The position numbers were made by a program, and so were the translations under genes. A DNA stretch of 64,000 nucleotides, from positions 64,001 through 128,000 of the forward strand of contig CAXXNO010000006.1 of the NCBI GenBank assembly GCA_963663235.2, written 5' to 3'. Below the pieces are notes generated by a model. The model searched no databases and was not told the origin of the DNA. It saw nothing but the letters and a program-made list of their open reading frames with translations. The DNA is from Dehalococcoidia bacterium. Its GTDB lineage: Bacteria > Chloroflexota > Dehalococcoidia > Bin125. Positions 1-9,259 of the stretch are shown here, in pieces (the stretch's first letter is position 1; the number at the start of each line of letters is the position of its first letter).

Positions 1-818
1 GGCGCGAGTTCCCCGATCGAGTAGCCGTCATCCGGGCAGGCGAGCGCCTCGGCGTAGATCCGGTCCCTATCTTCGCCGGTCACGGCCACGTGCATCGTGC
101 CGCCGCCGAGCTTGAGCGCCTGCTCTACGCTGTCGGCCAGCCGCCCCGCGAGGGCGGCGCGCTCTTCGGGCTCGTCCTCCGCTGAGATCGCGACCCGATC
201 CACCACGACATCAATGCTGTGGCGGCGGCTCTTGGCCATCTTGATGGGCTCGTCGAGAGAACGCACCTCTCCGTCGACGCGCACGCGCACGAAGCCGCCC
301 TTGCGGGCGTCCTCCAAGACCTGCGCATGCTCGCCCTTGCGGTCCTTGACCACCGGCGCCAGGATTATCAATCGACTGTCGGCTGGGATCTCCAGGATGG
401 CGTCCACGATCTGCTGGACGGTCTGCTGCGTAACGGGCTTGCCGCAAACGGGACAATGCGGGCGTCCGGCGCGAGCGAACAGCAGGCGCAGGTAGTCGTA
501 GATCTCGGTCACTGTCCCCACAGTCGAGCGGGGGTTGTGGCTGCGCGACTTCTGATCGATCGAGATGGCCGGAGAGAGGCCTTCGATGTAGTCGACATCG
601 GGCTTTTCCATCTGCCCCAGGAATTGGCGCGCGTAGGCCGAGAGTGACTCGACATAGCGACGCTGCCCCTCGGCGTAGATGGTATCGAAGGCCAGCGACG
701 ACTTCCCGGAGCCGGAGATGCCCGTGATCACCACGAGCTTGTCTCGTGGGAGAGTGACGTCGATGTTCTTGAGGTTGTGCTCTCTCGCTCCGCGGACGAC
801 GATGCGGTCTAGCGGCAC
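1..818 (-). CDS. uvrA: Excinuclease ABC subunit A, 5' part (runs off window start)
   Basis: Reverse strand from GTG 818 reads [21 protein letters not shown]...[28 protein letters not shown], the UvrA N-terminus with Walker A. Absent from the ORF track because no stop falls in the window. Confidence 0.96.
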   Translation of the reverse strand, partial: MPLDRIVVRGAREHNLKNIDVTLPRDKLVVITGISGSGKSSLAFDTIYAEGQRRYVESLSAYARQFLGQMEKPDVDYIEGLSPAISIDQKSRSHNPRSTVGTVTEIYDYLRLLFARAGRPHCPVCGKPVTQQTVQQIVDAILEIPADSRLIILAPVVKDRKGEHAQVLEDARKGGFVRVRVDGEVRSLDEPIKMAKSRRHSIDVVVDRVAISAEDEPEERAALAGRLADSVEQALKLGGGTMHVAVTGEDRDRIYAEALACPDDGYSIGELA

Positions 819-935
819 GGACCTCGGGCTCCTCGGGTGTGGCGCGGGCGGCTTGGGGCGCTCTCTCCTGGGTCGAGTGTAGCATCGGGCGTCCGCATCA
901 GCCGTTTTCCAGGCTTGCCGGCGCGAAGCGGCCGG

Positions 936-1565
936 ATGGCGGGGCAAGACGAGGTGGCGATTATCTCCGTCCGGACGTTCGCGGCGCTCGCCGCGGTGCT
1001 CGCCCTGGCGATGGCGACGCCCGTAGAGTCGTCGGAGCCGGCCGGAGCGGGGGAGCCGGGGGCGGCGCTGCTCTCCCTGCTCAATCCCGGCGGCTCGACC
1101 CGCGTCGCCACCGTGCGCTCCGGCGGTGAACCGGGCGGCGGGGATCTCGTGGATACGCTCGCCGTCCCTGCGCTCGACACCGTCACGCTGGAGGTGCTGG
1201 TCCCCGCCGAGCCCACCGAGTTCAACGTCACCTGCTCAGGCTGCCACAGCGTGGTGTTCGCAGTCGCCGCGGGACAGCGGATCATCGTCATCCTGGCCGG
1301 CGACGGCGATCCGCCGCCCTTCCGCAGCGACCTGGTGGTCGCGAACGAGAGCGCGGTTCGCCATGTGGGAGCGCTGCGCACGGGCGCACGGTCGGGCACG
1401 GGGCGTGCGCTGTTGCGCTTCGATTTGGCTCCGGGCGAGGCAGTGTCGGTGGGGCTGCGCCTGCCCGCGGATCGCCTGCTGGACCTCAATCTGGCCTGCC
1501 CGGCGTGCGCGCCACAGGCCGCTCGCATCGGCAACGGCGTCGACCTCGAGATGGTCATCCGATAA
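936..1565 (+). CDS. Hypothetical exported protein with two CxxC motifs
   Basis: Signal-peptide-like [15 protein letters not shown], then a beta-rich sequence containing CSGC and CPAC. Start uncertain (ATG 936 or GTG 954). Confidence 0.6.
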   Translation: MAGQDEVAIISVRTFAALAAVLALAMATPVESSEPAGAGEPGAALLSLLNPGGSTRVATVRSGGEPGGGDLVDTLAVPALDTVTLEVLVPAEPTEFNVTCSGCHSVVFAVAAGQRIIVILAGDGDPPPFRSDLVVANESAVRHVGALRTGARSGTGRALLRFDLAPGEAVSVGLRLPADRLLDLNLACPACAPQAARIGNGVDLEMVIR

Positions 1566-1588
1566 GCCCCCAGCCGTATACTCGCGGC

Positions 1589-4348
1589 GTGAGCCGGCCT
1601 GCTGCGAAGGAACCGTCGACGGACAAGAAGCTCGTCATTCTGGACGGGCATGGCATCATCTACCGCGCCTATTTCGCCGTGCGGGAGCCGCTCATCGTGC
1701 AGCGGAGCGGCGAGACGGTGACAGCGGTTTACGGTTTCACGAACACGCTGCTGCGGGTGATCGACGAGCTCAAGCCCACGCATGTGGCGGTGGCAATGGA
1801 CACCCCCGGCCCCACGTTCCGCCACGAGCGCGATGCGACGTACAAGGCGCATCGCGCTGAAGCCCCTGAGGATCTGGGTCCTCAGATCGAGCGCACGCGC
1901 GACGTCATCGAGGCGTTCAGTATCCCCATCTATGAGGCTCCCGGCTTTGAGGCGGACGATGTGCTGGCGACGCTGGCCGACCAAGGCACGGAAGCCGGCG
2001 TCGAGACATGGATCGCCACGCTGGATAGCGACCTGCTGCAGCTGGTGCGCCCCGGCGTCAGCGTGTTCATGTATCGCCCCTACCAGCGTGACACTGTTCT
2101 CTACGACAGCGCCGAGCGCGTTCGCGATCGCTACGGTGTCGATCCGCTGCAACTGATCGACCTCAAAGGCTTGAAAGGGGATGCGTCCGACAATATCTCT
2201 GGCGTGCGTGGCATTGGCGAGAAGACCGCCGTGAAGTTGATTAAGGCGTTCGGTTCGGTCGAGCAGGTCTACGAGCGCCTGGATGAAGTCGCGCCGGAGC
2301 GGGTGCGGAAGGCGTTGGTGGAGGGTCGAGAGGCGGCGTTCCACTCCAAGGAGATGGTGACGATCCGCCACGACGCGCCGGTCACCCTGGACGTGGACGG
2401 TTGCGCCATCCATGCGTACGACCGAGATCGCTTGCTGAAGCTCTTCCTGGAGCTGGAGTTTCGCAGCCTCATCGATCGCTTGCCGGAGTCCGCCATGGAA
2501 CCGGCGGTCGGCGCACGCCAGGAACCAGAGGAGACCGACTACGCGGTGCTGCGCTCGTCCGAGGCGCTCAAGGCGTGGCTGGAAAATGCACGGAAGGCGC
2601 CGCTTCTGGCCGTGGACCTGGAGACATCCAGCCAGGACACCCTGCGCGCGCGCATAGCGGGCTACTCGCTCTCCGTTGCTCCCGCGCAAGCCGTCTACGT
2701 GCCGGTGGAGCACGCCGACGACGGCGAACCGCAGCTCGACCCCGAGGAGGCGCGGATGATCCTGCAGCCCGTGCTGGAGGACCCGTCGATCCCCAAGGTG
2801 CTGCACAACGCCAAGTTCGACATGAAAGTGCTTGCTCGCCACGGCGTGAAGCTGGGCGGCCTCCAAGACGACACGATGATCGCCGCCTATCTCTTGGGCG
2901 AAGCGGCGCTGGGACTGAAGACGCTGGCATTGGAGCGCTTGGGCGTCGAGATGACGCCGATCACCGATCTGATCGGCACCGGCAAAGATCAGCGCACGAT
3001 GTGCGATGTGCCCGCCCGCGATGCGGCCGCGTATGCCTGCGCCGACGCCGACATGACGCTGCGGCTGCAGGCCTACTACGCGGAGCGCTTCATGCAGGAG
3101 CCGCAACTGCATCAACTCTACCGCTCGCTGGAGATACCGCTGGTCCAGGTACTGGTCGAGATGGAACTGCGCGGCGTCGCGCTGGACGCGGACGCTCTGC
3201 GCGATATGGCCGTCGACCTGGAGAGCGCTATCGGGCGCAGCGAGCAGTCGATCTACGAATCGATTGGGCATGAGTTCAACATCGCTTCGCCCAAGCAACT
3301 GGGCAGCGTGCTGTATGAGGAGCTGCAATTGCCCAAGGGCCGTAAAGTGGCTCATGGGTACAGCACCGACGCTCGCACGCTGGAGCGGCTGGCCGGCGTC
3401 CATCCGGTGGTTGAGCAGATCCTCCAGTACCGTGAGCTGACCAAGCTCAAGTCGACCTACGTCGCCACGCTGCCCTGTCTGGTCAACTCGGAGACCGGCC
3501 GGATTCACACAGATTACAAGCAGACCGTGGCAGCCACGGGCCGCCTTTCCTCGGAAAATCCCAACCTGCAGAACATCCCGGTGCGGACGGAGCTGGGGCG
3601 TGAAATCCGTCGCGCCTTCGTGGCGCGCGACGGCGAGGCGATGCGTTTTCTCAGCGCCGATTACTCCCAGATCGAGCTGCGCGTGCTGGCTCATCTTTCC
3701 GGCGATCCGGGATTGATCGAGGCCTTTCGCCGCAACGAGGATATCCACGCCGCCACCGCTGCCGGAGCGTACGGCGTCGAGCCCGGCGACGTAGACGACG
3801 AGATGCGCCGCGTGGCCAAGATGATGAACTTCGGCGTGATCTACGGATTGACGGACTTCGGCCTGGCTCAGCGATCGGGCATGGAGCGCAAGCAGGCGCA
3901 GGAGTTCATCGATGGCTACTTCGCTCGCTTCGCTAAGGTGCGCGACTGGATCGAGGCGATCAAGGCGTCGACGCGTGAGCGCGGCTATGCCGAGACGCTG
4001 CTGGGCCGTCGGCGCAATATCCCGGAGATCCGGTCACCGAACTTCCAGGCGCGTGCGGCCGCGGAGCGCGTGGCAGTGAATATGCCGGTTCAGGGCACCG
4101 CCGCCGACGTCATCAAGAGCGCCATGCTGCAAGTCAACGAAGCCTTGAACGAGCGCGAGATCGAGTGCCGCATGCTTCTCCAGGTGCACGACGAGCTGAT
4201 CTTCGAATTACCCGAGCGTGAGGCGCCGGAAGTAGCGGCGCTGCTGGAGGCCGTGATGCCGAGCGCGATCGAGATGGTGGCGCCGCTGCAGATCGATCTC
4301 AAGCTCGGCCCTAACTGGGGAGACATGACGCGCTACATTCCCGCGTGA
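1589..4348 (+). CDS. polA: DNA polymerase I
   Basis: 5'-exo motifs (LVILDGH, EADDV, GDASDNI), 3'-exo VDLET/HNAKFD, polymerase motifs ADYSQIELR and QVHDEL. Probable GTG start 6 nt after TATACT. Confidence 0.97.
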   Translation: MSRPAAKEPSTDKKLVILDGHGIIYRAYFAVREPLIVQRSGETVTAVYGFTNTLLRVIDELKPTHVAVAMDTPGPTFRHERDATYKAHRAEAPEDLGPQIERTRDVIEAFSIPIYEAPGFEADDVLATLADQGTEAGVETWIATLDSDLLQLVRPGVSVFMYRPYQRDTVLYDSAERVRDRYGVDPLQLIDLKGLKGDASDNISGVRGIGEKTAVKLIKAFGSVEQVYERLDEVAPERVRKALVEGREAAFHSKEMVTIRHDAPVTLDVDGCAIHAYDRDRLLKLFLELEFRSLIDRLPESAMEPAVGARQEPEETDYAVLRSSEALKAWLENARKAPLLAVDLETSSQDTLRARIAGYSLSVAPAQAVYVPVEHADDGEPQLDPEEARMILQPVLEDPSIPKVLHNAKFDMKVLARHGVKLGGLQDDTMIAAYLLGEAALGLKTLALERLGVEMTPITDLIGTGKDQRTMCDVPARDAAAYACADADMTLRLQAYYAERFMQEPQLHQLYRSLEIPLVQVLVEMELRGVALDADALRDMAVDLESAIGRSEQSIYESIGHEFNIASPKQLGSVLYEELQLPKGRKVAHGYSTDARTLERLAGVHPVVEQILQYRELTKLKSTYVATLPCLVNSETGRIHTDYKQTVAATGRLSSENPNLQNIPVRTELGREIRRAFVARDGEAMRFLSADYSQIELRVLAHLSGDPGLIEAFRRNEDIHAATAAGAYGVEPGDVDDEMRRVAKMMNFGVIYGLTDFGLAQRSGMERKQAQEFIDGYFARFAKVRDWIEAIKASTRERGYAETLLGRRRNIPEIRSPNFQARAAAERVAVNMPVQGTAADVIKSAMLQVNEALNEREIECRMLLQVHDELIFELPEREAPEVAALLEAVMPSAIEMVAPLQIDLKLGPNWGDMTRYIPA

Positions 4349-4390
4349 GCGTTCGGCCTCAGAGTCCACCCGTGGTAGTGTGAGCCGGCC

Positions 4391-5245
4391 ATGTTCAGAA
4401 GTTTTGGCAACACCTGGAAACTCATCAAGATCTCCTGGCAGGTCCTGCGAAAGGACAAAGAGCTGATCTTGTTCCCGATCATGTCCGGGATCGGATTGGC
4501 GATCGTCGCTGGAGTGACCGTGGCGATCTTCGCCGCCAACGGAGCGCTCGACCGCATCGACGCGGAAGAGGGCGAATCGGGGCTCACGGGCGTCGACGCG
4601 GCAATCGGGGTCATCGGCCTGTTCGTCGGGTTCTTCATCATCAACTACTTCAACGCGGCGCTGATCGGCGCCGCCCGGGTCCGCCTCAAGGGCGGCGACC
4701 CCAACATCTGGACCGGATTCGCCGCGGTCAACAAACACATCCCGGCGGTGGCCGGCTGGGCCGTGATCTCGGTCATCGTGTTCCTCGTCCTGCAGTACCT
4801 CCGCAGTCGGCGCGGCGGGTTCATCTACAACATCGTGATCGGCTTGGTCGGGGCCGTCTGGGCGTATATGACGTTCTTTGTGATCCCGGTGCTGATCGTG
4901 GAGGGCGTCGGGCCGATCGAGGCGATCAAGCGTTCCTCCGCCTTATTCAAGCGGACCTGGGGCGAGCAATTGGTGGGCAACTTCGGCTTCGGGATTCTCT
5001 ATATCGTGGTCGGTCTGATCGTGGCGATCCCGATCGGCATCGCGTTCGCCATCTCGCCCATTGTCGGGTTCATCGTCGCGGTGCCTCTGGCCGGATTGGC
5101 CATCGCCGCCATTCAGACGATGGAGGGCATCTTCAAGGCGGCCCTGTACGACTACGTGGCTGAGGGGGTGACACCGGAGCTCTTCCCGGAGGACACCCTG
5201 CGCGACGCCTACGCCCCCGGGCCCACCGCCTACCGCGGCATGTAG
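4391..5245 (+). CDS. Membrane protein (DUF6159-like)
   Basis: Multiple TM helices; SWQVLRKDKEL and SSALFKRTWGE motifs recalled from this family. Confidence 0.7.
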   Translation: MFRSFGNTWKLIKISWQVLRKDKELILFPIMSGIGLAIVAGVTVAIFAANGALDRIDAEEGESGLTGVDAAIGVIGLFVGFFIINYFNAALIGAARVRLKGGDPNIWTGFAAVNKHIPAVAGWAVISVIVFLVLQYLRSRRGGFIYNIVIGLVGAVWAYMTFFVIPVLIVEGVGPIEAIKRSSALFKRTWGEQLVGNFGFGILYIVVGLIVAIPIGIAFAISPIVGFIVAVPLAGLAIAAIQTMEGIFKAALYDYVAEGVTPELFPEDTLRDAYAPGPTAYRGM

Positions 5246-5270
5246 GCCCATCACCGTCTAGGGAAGCCCA

Positions 5271-5294
5271 GGCCGCCCCATCGGGCGGCTTTTT
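5271..5294 (+). terminator. Intrinsic terminator
   Basis: GCCGCCC-CATC-GGGCGGC hairpin followed by TTTTT, just after the stop at 5245. Confidence 0.8.
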
Positions 5295-5887
5295 GTCCCC
5301 CCGGGGGAAATTCGATCTCGGGCCATTTCGCCCCCTGCTCCAGATAGAGCGGTGGCCGATTTGGGTGTGGGGTGACAGAAACCGGCAGGGTTCCGCCACG
5401 TTTCCGCCAGGTTCCGCCAGGTTCTTGCACGGTGGCGGCAGGTTCTCGCCTCAGCGTCGTTGGGCGGCCGTGCGGCGGCGGAAAGGTCGCGGCGGGGCAC
5501 GATAGAGGGGGATGTCGAGGAGAGGCTGTGGAAGATTCCCTCATGAGCGTATTATAGTACGCGATACGCGGAGTCACAATGAGCCTGTGAGGCAGTCGGA
5601 GGAAGATGATTTACATAAGGAATGGCTCAGGCTGGCCGGGGAAAGGGAAAGGGAGTCGGAGGCAGCACGGGTGTGGGGCGGTCCGCGCACGGGGAGCGGT
5701 GGCGGTTCTGGACGCGATGCCAGTGGGCTGCACTGGACCCGGGGGCGCTGGAGGAGCAGCGCGGGAGGGGTGCGGAGAGCGCGTAGAGCCGTAACCCTCA
5801 ACAGGAGGCTCGGTGGGTGGCGTCCGTCGCGGCGACGGCGAGGCGAGGCGGTAGTTGGTCAGGGTGAAGGCGGGAGGCGGCGTGATG

Positions 5888-6541
5888 CTAGGCCGCTGGC
5901 CAGTACATGAACCCCGTCTGCACGACGGTGCGGTCAAAGACGTCGAAAGAACTCGCTTCCCAGTAAATGTCGAAGCCCGAAGCGCCGTCCCCCTCGATCT
6001 CGCCACCCGAGTACAACCATGGAATGGGGCGGTGCTCGTCAGCTGGGCCAAGAGCGTCCCAAGTTCCTGCAATGAACGGCGAGCCAAGACCCGCAGAGGT
6101 GGGGAGAGGCGGCGCCGGCGGGATGCCGGGTGCGCGATCGCGCACCGGGGCTATCCATACTCGAATCTTTATCGACCGCGCAGGCCCCGGGCCGACGTTC
6201 CGAAGAGCCGCCCGAACCCGGTACAGGCCGGCGAAGGAGAAGTCTTCCTCCGTGCGCTGTTGCGCTGGCTGGAGATCGAGCCGAACGACAGGCATGAGGC
6301 TGTCCAGCCGCGTCCGCCGCTGCTCGCGCACGCTCAGCCAGGCAAACCACCCCGCCAGCCCAGCAAGGAGAGCGAGGGCGTAGGCGGACCAGGCGCTGAG
6401 GGCATCGAGGGAACGATCGCTGATCCCTGCCGGATCTTCCCAGAAGGACAGCAGACTCAAGACCAGCAGTGTCACGCCAGTGCCCACGCCGATAGGCGCG
6501 ATAACGATGAACAAGCGGTGATTGACGAGTCGGCCCAACAC
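5888..6541 (-). CDS. Hypothetical membrane-anchored protein
   Basis: Two N-terminal TM helices, then a 'LRNVGPGPA' beta domain. TACACT lies 6 nt before the GTG (leaderless layout). Confidence 0.65.
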   Translation of the reverse strand: MLGRLVNHRLFIVIAPIGVGTGVTLLVLSLLSFWEDPAGISDRSLDALSAWSAYALALLAGLAGWFAWLSVREQRRTRLDSLMPVVRLDLQPAQQRTEEDFSFAGLYRVRAALRNVGPGPARSIKIRVWIAPVRDRAPGIPPAPPLPTSAGLGSPFIAGTWDALGPADEHRPIPWLYSGGEIEGDGASGFDIYWEASSFDVFDRTVVQTGFMYWPAA

Positions 6542-6600
6542 GAGCGAAGTGTACGACTACTCCGCCGATGGATCCGTCGTAGGGATCGAGTTCATCAACG

Positions 6601-7404
6601 TCAGCGGCGTTGGTGACCTCGCGACTTCCGTCGTCCGCGCCGCCGTTTAGGCGAAGGCGGCTGAAGTGGAGCGCGCTCATCAAAGAAGCCAGAGAAGAGT
6701 GGGATTACTTCATCACGGACGAAATGATGCATTGTGAGCAGACCACTGGGGCTGATGACCTCGTTCTCGACCGCGATACCAACGAGGGCCCCGATGCTTA
6801 CTGTGTATTCCTCATCCGCTGGGGCGAGATCGAGCCTAAGTATATCGCCGTCTTTGACGTACCCCGCGAGCCAGACTTCACTCCCGGTGCTGCTCCGAAT
6901 GTGGACACGACCGGCGACATAGTTGAATGTCCGGTGCTTGTCTCGATTGGCGAGTTGATTGATCAGCCAGAGATAGTAGAGCTCAGACCAGTCCGTGCGG
7001 TGGTACGGCTGAAGGCACTCGATCAGATCCCATGCCTCGACTGGGACGCTCTGCAACGCATCCGGCGCTCGCTCGGGGTAACGCTTCTCATTGAGGACGA
7101 TAGGAAACGCGGTCCGAATGCTGATCCGATCTTCGCCGCAGACGAGCAGCGCCAACTGATAGGCCAAGTGGTCGAGGCTAGCCCTGATATTAGTGACAGC
7201 GTCGCCGAACACTGATCCGACGTGGTCGGGCGCGGGGCGCACCTGAAACCGGAGGAGGAAGTAGCCCGGTCTCTGTGGGTCGCGTTCTTGCGAGGCGCCA
7301 TATGGCTCAGTCCCCTTCCAGGCGTCGTACTCCCGTTCGAAGTCACGGATATGTTCCTCAGCCCGCTGGAGTTTGAGGAGTGGGCCGTCCAGTGGATGAG
7401 GCAT
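6601..7404 (-). CDS. Hypothetical protein (possible HEPN-like fold)
   Basis: Lower GC than flanks, GAGGA SD. Motifs LKLQRAEEHI, GDAVTNIRASLDHLA, FPI, QPY and LANRDKHR. Confidence 0.7.
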   Translation of the reverse strand: MPHPLDGPLLKLQRAEEHIRDFEREYDAWKGTEPYGASQERDPQRPGYFLLRFQVRPAPDHVGSVFGDAVTNIRASLDHLAYQLALLVCGEDRISIRTAFPIVLNEKRYPERAPDALQSVPVEAWDLIECLQPYHRTDWSELYYLWLINQLANRDKHRTFNYVAGRVHIRSSTGSEVWLAGYVKDGDILRLDLAPADEEYTVSIGALVGIAVENEVISPSGLLTMHHFVRDEVIPLFSGFFDERAPLQPPSPKRRRGRRKSRGHQRR

Positions 7405-7660
7405 GAGGTATCCTCACTCGTGAGGGACGCCTTGGCTGCGAGGCTTGTGGGGAGAGGGACGATCGGGCAACTCGACCTCCATGCACAGCGACTCCTGCGT
7501 TACGATCTGGAGGAACGCACGCCACGCTTGCGCTTCCCGCGCGCCCGGCCGGCGGCCTGGCGGACCTTCTGCACCTTCCACGTCTTGACGCTGTTGGCGC
7601 TCAGCAGGAGCGGCGACCCGGCCCCGTTCGTCGCCGCTAGCAGGTAGTGCGTCAGTTTGA

Positions 7661-7867
7661 CTAGAGAGAGTTCATATACGTCTGAAAAGCCGCCCACGAA
7701 ATCGTCTTACCATTTCCACGTTTCGTCCGGCCCTTGCACCATATGAGCTGCGTCTTGGTAACGACCAGATCACCAAGAAACTCGCCTTGGGGATTCCTGA
7801 TCTCCAACTCGATACCACGGTTCTTGAGTTCCATATCGACGTTGAGGCTCTTGATCGTCACCTGCAT
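7661..7867 (-). CDS. Small hypothetical protein (68 aa)
   Basis: GGAG SD, lower GC, natural-looking sequence (GIELEIR...LGDLVVTKTQLIWCKG). Confidence 0.7.
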   Translation of the reverse strand: MQVTIKSLNVDMELKNRGIELEIRNPQGEFLGDLVVTKTQLIWCKGRTKRGNGKTISWAAFQTYMNSL

Positions 7868-7968
7868 CAGACAACTCCGATCCAGCGGTGGGGCTTGGCA
7901 CGATCCCTCTGTATTCTGACGGGCAGTCTACTCGTCTTCGGAGCGTGTCGTTGCCTGGACTTAGAAAA

Positions 7969-9174
7969 CTACTCCTCGCCGAAGAAGCGCCGCCGTGCCG
8001 TCTCGTCGAGCGTCGCATCCGGGCCACTGACGAGAACATCGAGCCGGCGGGTGCGGTCTTTCGCCTGCAGCGGAAGGGCTCTCGCGCGGCGGGCCGCCGC
8101 TTCCGGGCCGGTCCGCAGAAATAGGTCCGTGAACCAGCCCTCGTACGTGTGAAGGACCCCGTAGTAACGGTCGTGCGCCGCCGCGTAGGCGTGCCCGGCC
8201 GCCTCCCAGTCCGGGCTGCTCAGCAACTGATCCCGCAGGACGCGGACGTCGCGGAGCGCCAGCGACAAGCCCTGGCCGTGCGACGGATCGCTGGCCGCGG
8301 CAGCGTCACCGATCACGGCGACGCCATCTCGGTACGGATGGTCGACCCAGAAAGGGGCGCCTTCAAAGGTCGCGAGAGGACCGAGCACTTCGAGCCCGGC
8401 GTAGAACTCCGCTGGCATCCCCGCCTCGATCGAACGGGCGATAAAGGCCGGCATGTCGCTCGGTCCGCTCAAGCGATGTTCCCACTGGGTGGTGCTGACG
8501 AAGTAGGCGCGGACGCGGCCGTGACCCTGCGGGAAGAGGATCGCGATGTGGCCAGCGTCGGGGTTGACGGCCAAGTGCACGGCGTCGTCGGGCGCAGGAC
8601 AGTTTCCCACCAAGACGCCGGCGATCAGCGTCGCGTCCGGGTCCCGATGCACCACGAATCCGGCCTGCGTCCGCGAGGCGGAACGCCGCCCGTCGGCGAT
8701 GACGACGAGGCGGGCCGCCAGCGCGTCGATACGGCCATCTTGCTCAACATCGAGTGTCGGACGCAGCCCCGGCCGGACGCTCAGCACCCGCGCGCCGCGG
8801 CGGACCTCCGCACCCGCCTCTCGCGCCGCCGCCAGGACGGTTTCCTGCATCGCCGGGTGGAAGAAGCCAAGCCCCGGCGTGTGCTTCGGAGTCGTCGCGA
8901 TGAGGTCGCGATGGCCGGCGCGGTCCCCGCTTCGATAGGTGTCGAACCAACGGTGCTCGTGTCCGCACCTCGCCAGAAGCGGCGCCAGGAGGCCGAGGTC
9001 GCCCGCTTCGGCGGCGCCCCAAGGCATCAGCCCTTCCCCGCGCACCCGATCCTTGAACTCCGTCTCGCGCTCCAGCACCAGCACTCGGACGCCGTTCTCC
9101 GCCATCGTTTTGGCGAGGGCTGCGCCGCCCAGACCGCCGCCGACGGTGATGATGTCGTAGTCCGGCAGTGCCAA
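7969..9174 (-). CDS. FAD-dependent monooxygenase/oxidoreductase
   Basis: GGGLGG dinucleotide-binding motif, ADG motif, IGDAAAASDPSHGQG. Confidence 0.9.
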   Translation of the reverse strand: MALPDYDIITVGGGLGGAALAKTMAENGVRVLVLERETEFKDRVRGEGLMPWGAAEAGDLGLLAPLLARCGHEHRWFDTYRSGDRAGHRDLIATTPKHTPGLGFFHPAMQETVLAAAREAGAEVRRGARVLSVRPGLRPTLDVEQDGRIDALAARLVVIADGRRSASRTQAGFVVHRDPDATLIAGVLVGNCPAPDDAVHLAVNPDAGHIAILFPQGHGRVRAYFVSTTQWEHRLSGPSDMPAFIARSIEAGMPAEFYAGLEVLGPLATFEGAPFWVDHPYRDGVAVIGDAAAASDPSHGQGLSLALRDVRVLRDQLLSSPDWEAAGHAYAAAHDRYYGVLHTYEGWFTDLFLRTGPEAAARRARALPLQAKDRTRRLDVLVSGPDATLDETARRRFFGEE

Positions 9175-9259
9175 CGCGACCCTCCTTGCGCCGGCTCAAC
9201 CGCTCGGCAGCCAAGGGCGCGAGGATCATACTGGGGCTCTGGACCGATAGGATCGCCGC

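Noticed and set aside
1232-1248. c-type cytochrome from CSGCH
   Set aside because: Single motif in a beta-rich context, and the paralogous second motif lacks His. Insufficient support.
809-3748. 979-aa minus-strand ORF and similar long antisense ORFs (20872-22830, 36215-37894, 49169-50779, 40104-41822)
   Set aside because: Shadow ORFs opposite well-identified genes, as expected in high-GC DNA.
7414-7482. 22-codon minus-strand ORF (MEVELPDRPSPH...) with AGGAG SD
   Set aside because: Too short and unrecognisable; probably part of the decayed fragment in the islet.
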